A stretch of 64,000 nt of DNA from an uncultured Gemmatimonadales bacterium (GCA_963828735.1 CAWHFW010000002.1:640001-704000); one strand, 5' to 3'; numbered from the stretch's first letter, positions 43,740 through 53,685 are shown. The notes: generated from the sequence alone by a model not told the origin. Translations and numbers: made by a program.

Positions 43740-43876
43740 GCGCGACAGGCAGGAGCGCCTCCGGCTCCAGGGCCTCGGGACTGCACCCGAGGCCCTCCAC
43801 TTTGGCAACGCACCATGAGTGGCCTGGTGGTCATTCGGGCACCGTCTACCGGGACACCGATGGCCGACTCGACGAC

Positions 43877-43907
43877 TTGACAATCCATAAGTATTAGCTT
43901 ATATGTT
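43877..43907 (+). promoter_or_regulatory. Sigma70-like promoter with ArsR-type operator palindrome
   Basis: TTGACA at 43877-43882; ATAAG-N6-CTTAT at 43887-43902, just upstream of the ArsR gene. Confidence 0.7.
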
Positions 43908-43911
43908 CTCC

Positions 43912-44235
43912 ATGCAGACCGCGGCCGAGAACAAGATCTTCCAGGCGCTGGCGGACCCCAGCCGCCGGGCGATCTTCGAGTCGCTCACGCGCGGCGAAGC
44001 GGCGGTGAAGGACCTCACGGCGCGCTTCGACATCTCGCAGCCGGCGGTCTCGCAGCATCTCGCCACCTTGAAAGACGCCGGCCTGGTGAACGGCCGGCGC
44101 GAGGGGCGCTGCGTCTACTACCGGGTGGAGCCGCGCGGGATGAAGCCGCTCATCGACTGGATCGCGCACTACCGCGCCTTCTGGACGGAGCACGTCGATC
44201 GCCTCGAACAACTGCTGGAGAAGATGGACGAATGA
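43912..44235 (+). CDS. ArsR/SmtB family transcriptional regulator
   Basis: FQALADPSRRAIF, ISQPAVSQHLATLKDAGLV, RREGR. Confidence 0.93.
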   Translation: MQTAAENKIFQALADPSRRAIFESLTRGEAAVKDLTARFDISQPAVSQHLATLKDAGLVNGRREGRCVYYRVEPRGMKPLIDWIAHYRAFWTEHVDRLEQLLEKMDE

Positions 44236-44672
44236 CCGCCATCGACACGACCGCACCATCGCAAACCGAATCCATTTCGTTCGAGTTCGATTTGCATCAT
44301 GCGCCGGAGAAGGTGTGGCGCGCGCTCACCGACCCCGCGCTGCTCGCCGAGTGGCTCCTGCCCGTCGTCGAGCTCAAGCTCGAGCCGGGGGCGGCGTTCA
44401 CGTTCAAGACGCAGCCGCACCCCGGGTGGGACGGCACCGTGAACTGCCGGATCCTCGAGATCGAAGCGCAGAGGAAGCTCAGCTACACGTGGGTCGTCGG
44501 CGTCCTGGACACCGTCGTGACCTTCACGCTCACGCCCACGGCGTCGGGCACGCGCCTGTCCCTCGTGCAGTCGGGCTTCAAGCCGGACCAGAAGCAGAAC
44601 TTCGGCGGCGCGCGCTACGGCTGGAAGATGATGGGCGGGAAGCTCGTCGACCTGCTCGCGAGGATCCCATGA
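44232..44672 (+). CDS. SRPBCC/AHSA1-domain protein
   Basis: APEKVWRALTDP.LLAEWL, LSYTW, GTRLSLVQSGF, GW. Confidence 0.9.
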   Translation: MTAIDTTAPSQTESISFEFDLHHAPEKVWRALTDPALLAEWLLPVVELKLEPGAAFTFKTQPHPGWDGTVNCRILEIEAQRKLSYTWVVGVLDTVVTFTLTPTASGTRLSLVQSGFKPDQKQNFGGARYGWKMMGGKLVDLLARIP

Positions 44673-44921
44673 ACTGGAACAACTGGATTCGGCAGACCCA
44701 CCGCTGGCTGTCCATCGCCTTCACGGTGACCGTCATCGCCAACTTCGTCGCCATGACGCAGAGGGCAGCCTCCCGCCTGGGTGACCTACTCGCCGCTGCT
44801 CCCGCTCGCCTTGCTCCTGTTCACCGGTCTGTACCTGTTCGTGCTGCCGTATGCCACCAAGTGGCGCAGCGGGCGACGCGCCGACCGAACGGCGGTCATC
44901 GCAACGAATGAAGAGACGAGT
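44669..44921 (+). CDS. Small membrane protein (frameshift near 44760; end approximate)
   Basis: MNWNNWIRQTHRWLSIAFT... continues in another frame as PPAWVTYSPLLPLALLLFTGLYLF. Confidence 0.6.
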
Positions 44922-45347
44922 CACCCAAAGGCAGCAGGCAAGGCGGCCTCCACGACTCATCAGCGACGAGGATCGCCGAGCTGGGTGACTGGAGGGGCGA
45001 GACGCTCGCGAGGATGCGCACCCTCATCAGAGAGGCCGACCCCGATGTCGTGGAAGAAGTGGAAGTGGATGGGGACCCCGGTCTGGTCCCACGACGGGGG
45101 CATCTGCACGGGCGAGTCGTACAAGTCGATCGTGAAGCTGACCTTCTTCAAGGGCGCGTCCTTGAAGGATCCCGCCAAGCTCTTCAACTCGAGCCTCGAC
45201 GGCAACGTCAGGCGCGCCATCGACATTCACGAGGGCGAGAAGATTGACGCGAAGGCGTTCAAGGCGCTCGTCCGCGCGGCCGTCGCTCTCAATACTTCCG
45301 GCGGAAAGAAGTCCACGAAGCGCAAAGTGAGCGCCGAACGCTCATGA
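44908..45347 (+). CDS. DUF1801/YdhG-like protein (several apparent frameshifts, 44930-45060)
   Basis: Pieces RIAELGDWRG, RMRTLIREADPDVVEE and WKWMGTPVWSHDGGICTGE...NSSLDGNVRRAIDI lie in different frames. Confidence 0.7.
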
Positions 45348-45423
45348 TTGTCGGTCGCACCGTGTCGTTCGGTGCTCCACGTTGGACAGGTCCGCATTGG
45401 CCGGCAGTCCCCTGCCAGGATGG

Positions 45424-45798
45424 CTACCAGAAAGCGTCGTCTTCACGGTCGCGCACCTCCCGGAGACGGTACTCGGCGATCTTGCGAATCAGACCCTCAG
45501 GCAGAGGTTTGTTGTAGGGAATCTGAAGGTAGTTCTTCGTAGTCTTGTACTTCTCCAGTTCCTTGCGACATCGCTCCAGCGCCGACGCCCCTGGCGCGAG
45601 GTTGCAGTGTGCCTTGTGGGCGGAGAAAGCGAACAGGAATCGGGGCTCCACGAAGAAGGGAGTTCCCCACTTCAATGCCTCTTCTGCCTCCGGTGCGACC
45701 TTCTTGAGAATCGCATACAGCCGGCGTAGATGCGGCCGGCCCTCGCGGGGGGCAGTCCGGATATACTCGGCGATCGTCGTCGGACGCTTGCTTGCCAT
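45424..45798 (-). CDS. DUF1801/YdhG-like protein
   Basis: TIAEYI, APEAEEALKWGTPFF, QIPYNKPLPEGLIRKI. Confidence 0.85.
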   Translation of the reverse strand: MASKRPTTIAEYIRTAPREGRPHLRRLYAILKKVAPEAEEALKWGTPFFVEPRFLFAFSAHKAHCNLAPGASALERCRKELEKYKTTKNYLQIPYNKPLPEGLIRKIAEYRLREVRDREDDAFW

Positions 45799-45827
45799 CT
45801 TTCTTGCCACGTTTCGCGAGCGGGACC

Positions 45828-46151
45828 TCAGGTGTGGATCTCTCGCTGAGCCTCCCGCATGTACAGAAATAGCGGCAGCCCGCAAGAGACCCCGACGGTC
45901 AGGAGGGCAGCCAGCGGCGCCCAGCCACGAGCCATACCGGACCGGCGACCCTCAATCCGCACGAAAGCCCACAGCACGACCGAGGACACCAGGACATCGA
46001 GGCCGAAGAAGCTGCTGATCCGATTGACAAACAGCTGCTCCACCATCAGTCGGAGATCGAAGCCGTGGTTTCTGAGAAACGGAAGAAACTGGGAGTACGG
46101 CAGTGCGACGCCCAGTACGCAGAGCCCCAGGTACAGATGCTTCGGCTTCAT
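45828..46151 (-). CDS. DUF2834-like membrane protein
   Basis: LPYSQF, FVNRISSFFGLDV, VGVSCGLPLFLYMRE. Confidence 0.8.
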   Translation of the reverse strand: MKPKHLYLGLCVLGVALPYSQFLPFLRNHGFDLRLMVEQLFVNRISSFFGLDVLVSSVVLWAFVRIEGRRSGMARGWAPLAALLTVGVSCGLPLFLYMREAQREIHT

Positions 46152-46256
46152 GACGCCCTCCGGTGGGTGCCCCCGAACGAGACGACGAGATCGCGGCCAG
46201 CCACGCGGGTTGCGACGGACTGATCCGCGGCATCCATGCCTTCAGGCGCGACTCGA

Positions 46257-47180
46257 TCAAAAGCGTTGGAGGTCCGCACCGATGGCTACCGCCCCCGAGA
46301 AAGAGTGCCGGATATCGGCGAGAATCCGCTCCGCGGTTGCCCGCCGCCCGTTGTGATACACGATGAGGAGCTTCGGCCGTGCTCGAGCTGCCAACACCCC
46401 CAGTTGCGACGCGGTCGTATGATACGCACGGACATAGTTTGCCCATTCCGTGGCGGACCGATTCCCCGGATGCTGCGTGGAATCCGATGGCTGCACCTCG
46501 TGGATGAGGACATCCACTCCCGTCGCCATCCGCACGAGCTCCTCGCTCGGCCGCGTGTCACCTGACAGCACAATGCTTCGGCCCGGCGTGTCGATCCGAT
46601 AGCCGTACGCTTCCCGCCATTCGCCATGAGGGACCAGGAACGCAGTGACACGCACGCCGCCACTGTCGTAGACGACACTCGGTCCGACCTCTCGCACCTC
46701 TACTCGGTAGCCTTCTCGGGATTCATGCTCGAGTCCTTCCGTGCGAATCCGGATGTCTTCGCTGAACGCCGCGTAAAGGTGCTCGGTCATTTGGGCGAGA
46801 CCGTGCGGCCCATAGACCGGGAACGGCCGTGTGCGCCCCATCACCCACGAAGTGAAGATGAGGTCTGGCAGGCCGAGCACGTGATCGCTATGGAGGTGCG
46901 TGATGAAGGCTGCCGTGACGCCGTCGATCGGCAGGCCGGCCGCGGCGAGTCGCCGCTCGACACCGACGCCGGCATCGATCAGGAACACCCGACTTCCCAC
47001 CACCACGGCGGTCGCCGGTCCCCACGCATCCGGCGATGGCCTGGGGGTCCCGGTACCGAGCATCACGACTACGGTACTCTCCCTCGCGGCGGCCGAGGCG
47101 ACTTGCGCGGACCCCACGGCGGCATTCTGACACAGCAGCGAGGCCAGGAGGACCACCGCGGCGCCCAAAGGGTTTACCAT
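46257..47180 (-). CDS. Exported MBL-fold hydrolase (RNase Z/arylsulfatase-like)
   Basis: LGTGTP, IDAG, THLHSDH, SGDT, LIHE, YHT. Confidence 0.9.
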   Translation of the reverse strand: MVNPLGAAVVLLASLLCQNAAVGSAQVASAAARESTVVVMLGTGTPRPSPDAWGPATAVVVGSRVFLIDAGVGVERRLAAAGLPIDGVTAAFITHLHSDHVLGLPDLIFTSWVMGRTRPFPVYGPHGLAQMTEHLYAAFSEDIRIRTEGLEHESREGYRVEVREVGPSVVYDSGGVRVTAFLVPHGEWREAYGYRIDTPGRSIVLSGDTRPSEELVRMATGVDVLIHEVQPSDSTQHPGNRSATEWANYVRAYHTTASQLGVLAARARPKLLIVYHNGRRATAERILADIRHSFSGAVAIGADLQRF

Positions 47181-47257
47181 GGTTCGTCTTTCGTACGCCC
47201 GGCGGGGGCGGTTGGTCTCGTGTTGGGCGGCGAGCATACCACACGCCCAATGCTCCC

Positions 47258-47704
47258 TCAATGCACGCTCAGCACCCGCACCATACCCAAGGCTGCATGT
47301 TGGGGCGCTTTGGTGGAGTCCCGGAGCGTGCACAGTATCGCGTATCGCTGCCCTTTCTGGAGATCGACCGTCATTCGGCCCGCTGAAGTCGCGCCAGGCC
47401 ACGCGAATACTACGCCGTATGGCGGTCCGTCCAGATACCGGTCCGAGAGCACGCGCACTCGGACGTCCTCACGGGCCGCCGCTACCATCTCTCGGATTCC
47501 CATGCCCTGTCGCAGCAACCCGATGACCATTTCGTGGGGGACTTGGCCTCGATTCTCCACCACGAATTGAGTTGCGCCGGCACGAACGGAATCGGGAGCT
47601 TGAAGCGCATAGTCGGTCGTCACGACTCGCACGACGCGGGGACTCCCGGTGCACCCGTAGAGGGCGAGGACCGCAACTACCCATCGTATCGAGCCAAGCC
47701 ACAT
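47258..47704 (-). CDS. Cupredoxin-like lipoprotein
   Basis: LYGC lipobox; ENRGQVPHE...YAILC...H..LGM copper-ligand pattern. Confidence 0.65.
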   Translation of the reverse strand: MWLGSIRWVVAVLALYGCTGSPRVVRVVTTDYALQAPDSVRAGATQFVVENRGQVPHEMVIGLLRQGMGIREMVAAAREDVRVRVLSDRYLDGPPYGVVFAWPGATSAGRMTVDLQKGQRYAILCTLRDSTKAPQHAALGMVRVLSVH

Positions 47705-47742
47705 CTGCCTCTCCTGCAGCGGAACGGAAGGCCTGACAGGTC

Positions 47743-47785
47743 GCCCTAACGACTGGCGTATCAGCTGGAGGCGATCATCCTCATG
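47743..47785 (-). repeat. attC-like half site (core/R' arm)
   Basis: GCCCTAAC-GACTGGCGTATCAGCTGGAGGCGATCATCCTCA, similar to 57835. Confidence 0.65.
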
Positions 47786-47880
47786 CACGGTTTGGCCGTG
47801 CGCACGAGGAGCGCCACCGAGCGCCCGCTGGACGCGAGGCGCTGGAGGGCCGCGAAGCCCCTTCCCCACCCCCGCTCGCC

Positions 47881-48156
47881 CTAAACGAGCGGGCTGGTGC
47901 CGGTGAAGTGCACGAAGGTGGCCTCTGGAGTCCGGCTGTCAAACCGCGTCTCGCTGACGCGCGCCGTCCCCTTCTGCCCCGTATCAAAGGTGAGTGCGAG
48001 TCGCTCATTCGGGAGAATGCCGTCCGCACTCCGCGACATGAACTCTCCGCTCCAGGACTGACGGCCCGGGCTCAGGTCCGTGATGGTGACCTGCACCTCC
48101 ACGTTGTTGAGGTCCTTCCGATTCGAGCGCTCAATGTGGGCCATGTACGCTGCCAT
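47881..48156 (-). CDS. Hypothetical protein
   Basis: Compact beta-rich ORF with RBS-like AAGG, co-oriented with the array. Confidence 0.55.
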   Translation of the reverse strand: MAAYMAHIERSNRKDLNNVEVQVTITDLSPGRQSWSGEFMSRSADGILPNERLALTFDTGQKGTARVSETRFDSRTPEATFVHFTGTSPLV

Positions 48157-48326
48157 ACCGCAACCTGCCTTCTGGCTGACGAGGGGAGCTGCTCCGGGAA
48201 TGTAGGGTGGAGGAACCCCGGTACTGGAATGGTACTCCAACAGCCGGCGCGGCGCTCTGAGCCAAGCCACCCAGGCCCGCGGCCGCCGTTCGCACCGGCC
48301 GCCTCGGCCTCGCGCGGCGGCGCGGG

Positions 48327-48794
48327 TCAGGCCGCGTGCGTCGGAGCCGCCAGGGGGAGGGTCAGGAGCTCGCGGTCGGTGCTGTCGAAGCCAACCGCAC
48401 GATAGACTGCCTGTGCTGGCCCGTTGGTTCGCGCTACCTCGAGGTGCATGGCACGGACCCCGAGGCCCTCACAGACAGCCCTTGCGTGTCCGACCAGCAC
48501 CCGTCCTACGCCGCGATTCCGCAAGAGGGGCCGAACGAACAGGTCGACGACGAATGCACTGCGCCCTCCGTACTCCATGCTGTAGCAAAAGGTAAGCACC
48601 AGGTGACCCGCCACCTGACCTTCGAAGTCGGCCAACCAGACCTGCCCGAGGTCGCCCGGGGTGAGAAGTGGGAGAAAGGCCGAACGAGCGCGATCGGGGT
48701 TGAGCGCGTACCCGGCTTCGGCGTAGAAATCGTGCATCAGCTCGAGGAGATCGCCGAGATCTTCCGCGCCGGCTCGTCGCAGGATCACGGGCAT
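48327..48794 (-). CDS. GNAT family N-acetyltransferase
   Basis: DLFVRPLLRNRGVG, LEV..N..A..VYRAVGF; TGA stop lies within the GCCTGAC inverse-core-like sequence. Confidence 0.9.
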   Translation of the reverse strand: MPVILRRAGAEDLGDLLELMHDFYAEAGYALNPDRARSAFLPLLTPGDLGQVWLADFEGQVAGHLVLTFCYSMEYGGRSAFVVDLFVRPLLRNRGVGRVLVGHARAVCEGLGVRAMHLEVARTNGPAQAVYRAVGFDSTDRELLTLPLAAPTHAA

Positions 48795-48981
48795 TGACTC
48801 TACCTGTCGTATGGGGTGGGACGTCGGCCCCTTCACCGGTCTCCATTGGGTGGGTCGTGGCTAGCGAGGCGGAAGGCCTGGGGAGCTTCGCGACCAGTCT
48901 GGCCCGACACGGCGCGGGTAGAGCAATTCACTTCTGCAAACGCAGGTTGGATAGTTCTGCGCGGTGCCTGGCGCGAATGCT

Positions 48982-49284
48982 TCAGGCGGGACCAGGTCCC
49001 TGACTGGCGCCGGGGCCTAGGGCCGAACGATCCTGCGCCTGGGTCAACAGTCGCTCGGCGAAGTCGACTCGATCCTGGAGCTGGCGGAATTGAGCGTCCT
49101 GGCCTGCAGAGTGCGACTGGACCTCCGCCAACGCTGAAGCCTGATCGTCGCACTGTTGCTGGAGTTGATCGAGATGGGCCTGGAGCCGCGTCGCGCCTCC
49201 GGCCCTGGCCTTTGCGACCCGTATCACCGTCTCGCCAGCGACGGTGGCCACGCCTATGATCATTAGGACGGTCAAGACATCCAT
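48982..49284 (-). CDS. Small TM + coiled-coil protein
   Basis: N-terminal TM; QLQDRVDFAERLLTQ; paralogue of 61918-62163. Confidence 0.7.
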   Translation of the reverse strand: MDVLTVLMIIGVATVAGETVIRVAKARAGGATRLQAHLDQLQQQCDDQASALAEVQSHSAGQDAQFRQLQDRVDFAERLLTQAQDRSALGPGASQGPGPA

Positions 49285-49498
49285 AAAGCGCGGTCCAGTC
49301 GCGAACGATGGGGAGTCAATGAACTACCTACCTCGCTCACAGTGCGGCGGCCACGTCGCTAGCGGTGAAACAAAGACGCGAGCCTCAGGACGTGGCACGG
49401 ACCGTAATCAGCTATAAGATATAGTCGCAGAGGGCAAGTGCTTCAGGACGTCGGGGCTCACACCCCGCCCGTCGAGGCGTCACTGTCGGGAGGAATGG

Positions 49499-50422
49499 AT
49501 GGACAAGCCCCGCATCTTCCTTGGGTCGTCGGGAAAGCAGGCGAAGCTGCTGCAGGCATTGACGCGCGGTCTCGAGGAGGTCGCGCACGTGGACCCCTGG
49601 ACGACGTCCTTCAATCCCGGGACCACCACGCTGGACCGTCTCGTCGAGCTCGCGCATCAAGTCGACTTCGCCGCGTTCGTATTCGCCAGGGACGACTGGA
49701 CGACCACCGGCCCCGCCCCCTCCCCTTCCGCGGACAACGGTCAGGATTCTCCGCGTGACAACGTCGTCTTCGAAGCAGGCCTGTTCGGCGGCGTCCTCGG
49801 CATGCGCCGGACCTTCATCCTCCATGCGCACGGCTCGAAGCTTCCGAGCGATCTCCTCGGCCTTACATGTGTTCGATACGGCGATGCGACGGCCGCTTCC
49901 GAGATAAAAGTCGTCAACCAGAAGCTTCGGGCCGCGATCGAGAACGAGGGGCGTCTCGCGCGCATCGAGGGCCTGTGGTGGCAGTTCTCGCTGACGGAGC
50001 GTGGCCCGCGCGAGCCGTCCGCCGTGAGCCTGCTGCGGATCTCGCGAGACCGCGACGGCGCTCTGGAGGTAAACGGCCGTTCATGGCAGGAGGATGGCAG
50101 CCTGTCCGCGAGGTACTGGAGCGAGGCGGCGAGAGAGAGGAAGGAGCCGTCGGGCGTCTTCTACTTTTGGAAGGGAGAGCGGCCCCGGGATCCGAACGCG
50201 CCGCAGCTCAGTGGGACCGGAGAGATCCGGTTGGAGTCCGCTGATCGCGCCGCCGGGTACTTCACCACTCGAGCGGACGCGGACCCGACGCTGAACATGC
50301 GGACCGCCGGTGTCTACTGGCGCGCCGAGCCCGACGATATGGACACCCTGGACGGAGGGGACGATCGGAAACGCGCCGAGTTGATCTCGGAGCGGCTGAC
50401 GCGCTGGAAGTCGATCTGCTAG
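49499..50422 (+). CDS. Cap12/Pycsar-type TIR-domain protein with C-terminal beta-barrel domain
   Basis: KPRIFLGSS, DFAAFVFARDD, PRDNVVFEAGLF.G.LG..R, LPSDLLG; C-terminal IEGLWW...GYFT. Confidence 0.85.
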   Translation: MDKPRIFLGSSGKQAKLLQALTRGLEEVAHVDPWTTSFNPGTTTLDRLVELAHQVDFAAFVFARDDWTTTGPAPSPSADNGQDSPRDNVVFEAGLFGGVLGMRRTFILHAHGSKLPSDLLGLTCVRYGDATAASEIKVVNQKLRAAIENEGRLARIEGLWWQFSLTERGPREPSAVSLLRISRDRDGALEVNGRSWQEDGSLSARYWSEAARERKEPSGVFYFWKGERPRDPNAPQLSGTGEIRLESADRAAGYFTTRADADPTLNMRTAGVYWRAEPDDMDTLDGGDDRKRAELISERLTRWKSIC

Positions 50423-50505
50423 GGCCAGCATGCTGAGCCACGCGACAGCAGTATGTCGCGGGCGGCCTGAAGCGGCCAGCGGCCGGCGCTGCCAGCGAGC
50501 CTTCC

Positions 50506-51504
50506 TCAGGTCTCCGTCGCGAAGGCCGGGGGCGTAGCACTCGGGGCCGACGGCGACACATCCACGCTCACGACGCCGGGCTGGCCGTCCCGAAGCAGTC
50601 GAGTCCGCACCTCTTCCGCGGGGTGCCGCTTGCGGAGGCGGGCCTCATACTCGAGCAGGACAGCGGGGTTGCCCTCGCCACTGACCCGCGCCCGATGCCA
50701 GGTCTTGGTGAGCGCCTCGAGGAGCGGCTCGACAGCCTGTCGTCCACGCTCGACATCGGTCACCTGGATGCGGAGCAGGACGTCCCGCGAATCGGCGTCG
50801 GCCCCCTCGGGGTCGGCGTGCCGCGGCTTGGTTTTTCCTTTGCCTTTTTTCTTGCCCTTTGCCATGTCCTCCGTCTGGTCGCCTGCCGGCGCCTGATCGG
50901 CGCCCAGATCGGTCCGCCAGGTCAACACCTCGAGCAGCACGAACACCACCGACGCCATCAGCCCGATGTCGAGGGCGTAGATCCCGGCCGCGAATCCGAT
51001 CGCGACCGCCGCAAAGATGTACAGGGCGTCGCGTGACTCCTTCAGGCTGATGCGGAACCGGACGGCCGCGACGATGCCGGCGAGGCTGAAGGCCATCGCG
51101 AGGCTGTTCTGCACCACGATCAGGATCGCCGTGACGATCGACGGGAGGACCAGCACGGTGTTGGCCAGGGACTCGTCGAAGACCGCGTGGGTCCGGGTCC
51201 GCACGTAGACGATCACGATCGGGACGGTCAGGAGGAAAGCGCCCGCCATGGCCAGCAGCGCGTCGACCCATCCCGGGACGCCGAGCACCCCGGTCGTCGT
51301 GCCGAACGCGAGGCCTTCCACCGACCGGGCCCAGACCCGACGGGCACCCGCGTCGGTCAGCGGCGCGACCCGGTCGATGCCGACGACGAACGCGGTGGCC
51401 GCGGCATAGCAGCCGGTCAGGCGCCAGGCCGTGGGGGCGCCAAGCGTTCGTGCCTCACACAACGCTGGGCCGTGACGCAGCAGCCTGTGAAACATGTTCT
51501 TCAT
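50506..51504 (-). CDS. DUF4956-domain membrane protein
   Basis: VQNSLAMAFSLAGIVAAVRFR...DALYIF..VAIG. Confidence 0.8.
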   Translation of the reverse strand: MKNMFHRLLRHGPALCEARTLGAPTAWRLTGCYAAATAFVVGIDRVAPLTDAGARRVWARSVEGLAFGTTTGVLGVPGWVDALLAMAGAFLLTVPIVIVYVRTRTHAVFDESLANTVLVLPSIVTAILIVVQNSLAMAFSLAGIVAAVRFRISLKESRDALYIFAAVAIGFAAGIYALDIGLMASVVFVLLEVLTWRTDLGADQAPAGDQTEDMAKGKKKGKGKTKPRHADPEGADADSRDVLLRIQVTDVERGRQAVEPLLEALTKTWHRARVSGEGNPAVLLEYEARLRKRHPAEEVRTRLLRDGQPGVVSVDVSPSAPSATPPAFATET

Positions 51505-51580
51505 GGATATCCCGGCGCTCGAGGGCAACCTACGCATTTGCGGCCGCGCTCCAGGACGGCGCCCGGCTGGGTGCGCAGGG

Positions 51581-52189
51581 TCAGGCGGCTCCCGGCGCGT
51601 CGCTACGGATCTGCGACTGGGCCAGTATTCTCTCGATCCGACGATCAGGAATCAGCCACATGAGAGCGACCAGCAAGTACAGGGCATAGGCTACGCCGGT
51701 GCCTACATACGCAATCCCGATCGCCAGGGCACACAGCAAGGGCGAGAGCTTCCCTTTGAGGTCGCGCCCCACTGCCGCGGCCAGGATGGACCCCGGCCCC
51801 TCCGAGCGCACAATCTGCCTCTGCAACGTCAAGTATGCGATGCCAGCCATCAGCAGCACCAGACCGTAGAAGGCCGCGGGGGTCGGGGTGAAGGGATGCT
51901 CGCCCATCCACCCTGTCACGAACGGCACGAGCGACAGCCAGAACAACAGGTGCAGGTTCGCCCAGAGAATCGCCCCGGTCGTTCGATGGGTGCAGCTCAG
52001 CATGTGGTGATGGTTGGTCCAGTAGATGCCGATGAATACGAAACTGAGTACGTAGCTGAGCAGGACCGGAAGCAACGGGCGCAGAGCGGCGAGCTCAGGG
52101 TCATGGGGCGTTTGCAGCTTGAGCACCATGATGGTGATGATGATCGCCAACACGCCATCGCTGAAGGCTTCCAGCCGACCTTTGCCCAT
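51581..52189 (-). CDS. TMEM175/DUF1211 K+ channel-like protein
   Basis: RLEAFSDGVLAIIITIMVL, IYWTNHHH, WLIPDRRIE; TGA stop lies within GCCTGAC. Confidence 0.92.
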   Translation of the reverse strand: MGKGRLEAFSDGVLAIIITIMVLKLQTPHDPELAALRPLLPVLLSYVLSFVFIGIYWTNHHHMLSCTHRTTGAILWANLHLLFWLSLVPFVTGWMGEHPFTPTPAAFYGLVLLMAGIAYLTLQRQIVRSEGPGSILAAAVGRDLKGKLSPLLCALAIGIAYVGTGVAYALYLLVALMWLIPDRRIERILAQSQIRSDAPGAA

Positions 52190-52226
52190 CGGTGCCCTCC
52201 CGCATTCGGAGCCGGCGCACACGACC

Positions 52227-52859
52227 CTACCTTCCGCCGGGACCCGGGTCGCGCATTGGCAATCGCCTTTCAACGGGCGCTCGCCCGTCTGAATACCGCA
52301 GCACCAGCCGGGCATTCTGGAGGACGGGGACCGTGTGCCACATCGCATTGACCACCTGTTCCAAAGCATCGGCCTTCGGGGCGGCGAGGTGAACAGCGGT
52401 TTCAGTGGGTCCCGTCCATACTGATCTGGCGTGGCCATCAGCCTCCCGGCCGACTGCCTGGTCGAGCTCACTGTAGAATCCACCGAAGTCCAGGCTCTCG
52501 TACACGTCGGGCGGCAACCCCGTGCCGTCCAGGTAGATCGTCAGCTGTTCATACTTGCCGAACGGTATGGCTTCGCGTCCGGATGCTGCGGCAAACTGGA
52601 TCGAAGAGCCGAACGGCGCGCCCATCGCTTCCAGCTGCTGAACCAGCTTGGTGACGGCGGCGTCGAGGTTCACCAGCTCGAGCTCGACGTCGGCGAACTC
52701 TATTTCCCCGTTTGCGTTCAACTGACTGCCGCCTCCCGTGACTTCCCCGAGTCCATGTTCAGTGAGGAAGGCAGCCAATGGATCCTCGTACCGCTCTCCT
52801 CGCTCGATGGGCTCGACATGCTCGGTGATTCTAGCAATGACGAGTTGACGACTGTTCAT
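52227..52859 (-). CDS. Hypothetical protein
   Basis: Full ORF; EPIERGERYEDPL...GEVTGGGSQ motif. Confidence 0.7.
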   Translation of the reverse strand: MNSRQLVIARITEHVEPIERGERYEDPLAAFLTEHGLGEVTGGGSQLNANGEIEFADVELELVNLDAAVTKLVQQLEAMGAPFGSSIQFAAASGREAIPFGKYEQLTIYLDGTGLPPDVYESLDFGGFYSELDQAVGREADGHARSVWTGPTETAVHLAAPKADALEQVVNAMWHTVPVLQNARLVLRYSDGRAPVERRLPMRDPGPGGR

Positions 52860-53130
52860 CCGGGCAGTCCTGGGATAGGGGTTGGTGCCGCCAGACGACT
52901 TGTGACAACCTGTGGCCTTGTCGCTGCAAGGAGCGACTCAGGTCTGGGGAGACACGGGGTCTCACGAACGTGCGCATCACCCCCGCCACAGAGCTAGTGG
53001 CTGGACGCAAGGGCCGCCTGCGTTCAGGTGCCGGAACCGAGTGCGGCGGCCGCCCCGGCGACGAGTGCCATGCCCGTGCTGGCGGGGCACCGTCGGAGCG
53101 GACGGCCGTCACGATACTTCTGCTTCCCGA

Positions 53131-53685
53131 TCACCGGCTCCCGTAGTCCGTAAAGACGTAGTCTCTCGTCTTCACAACCGTGTGGCACGCGAATCCACAC
53201 TTGGCGTCGTTCCCCTGCGGCGGCTTGTCGGTCGAATTCGCGGGCCTGAACTTCCCGGACGCGGTCTCATACTCGAACGCGGCCCATCCCCACCCGCCGC
53301 TGTCCGCAAACCTCTTGCTGTCCTTTACCATGAAGTCCACGTCATGCAGCGTGCCCGGCACCGTCGCTGCGGGAAACGTCTCCAGCTTCTTCGGGTTCCA
53401 GTGGATCTTCGCCATCCTGGACCCGTCGGGAAACGGCTTGCCGTTGCCAGGAATGCCGGCCCGATAGGCCTCGATCATCGCGGGATTGGCGAGGATCGCC
53501 GCAAACAGACCTCCGTCCTGACTCACCGAGACAAGGTGCCACCCTTCGTATCCCTTGAACTCGGAGAACGCGAGTCCACCCGGCACCTTCACGGTGTACT
53601 TGTCCTGGGCGGACATGGCACTGGCGCCCAAAGCACTGACGAGTACCGTCACGGCGGCAATCGTCCCGATGCCTTTGTTCTTCAT
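53131..53685 (-). CDS. Cytochrome P460 family protein
   Basis: Signal peptide, FPDGSRMAKIHW, MVKDSKRF..SGGWGWAAF, C-terminal heme motif CGFACH, DYVFT. Confidence 0.88.
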   Translation of the reverse strand: MKNKGIGTIAAVTVLVSALGASAMSAQDKYTVKVPGGLAFSEFKGYEGWHLVSVSQDGGLFAAILANPAMIEAYRAGIPGNGKPFPDGSRMAKIHWNPKKLETFPAATVPGTLHDVDFMVKDSKRFADSGGWGWAAFEYETASGKFRPANSTDKPPQGNDAKCGFACHTVVKTRDYVFTDYGSR

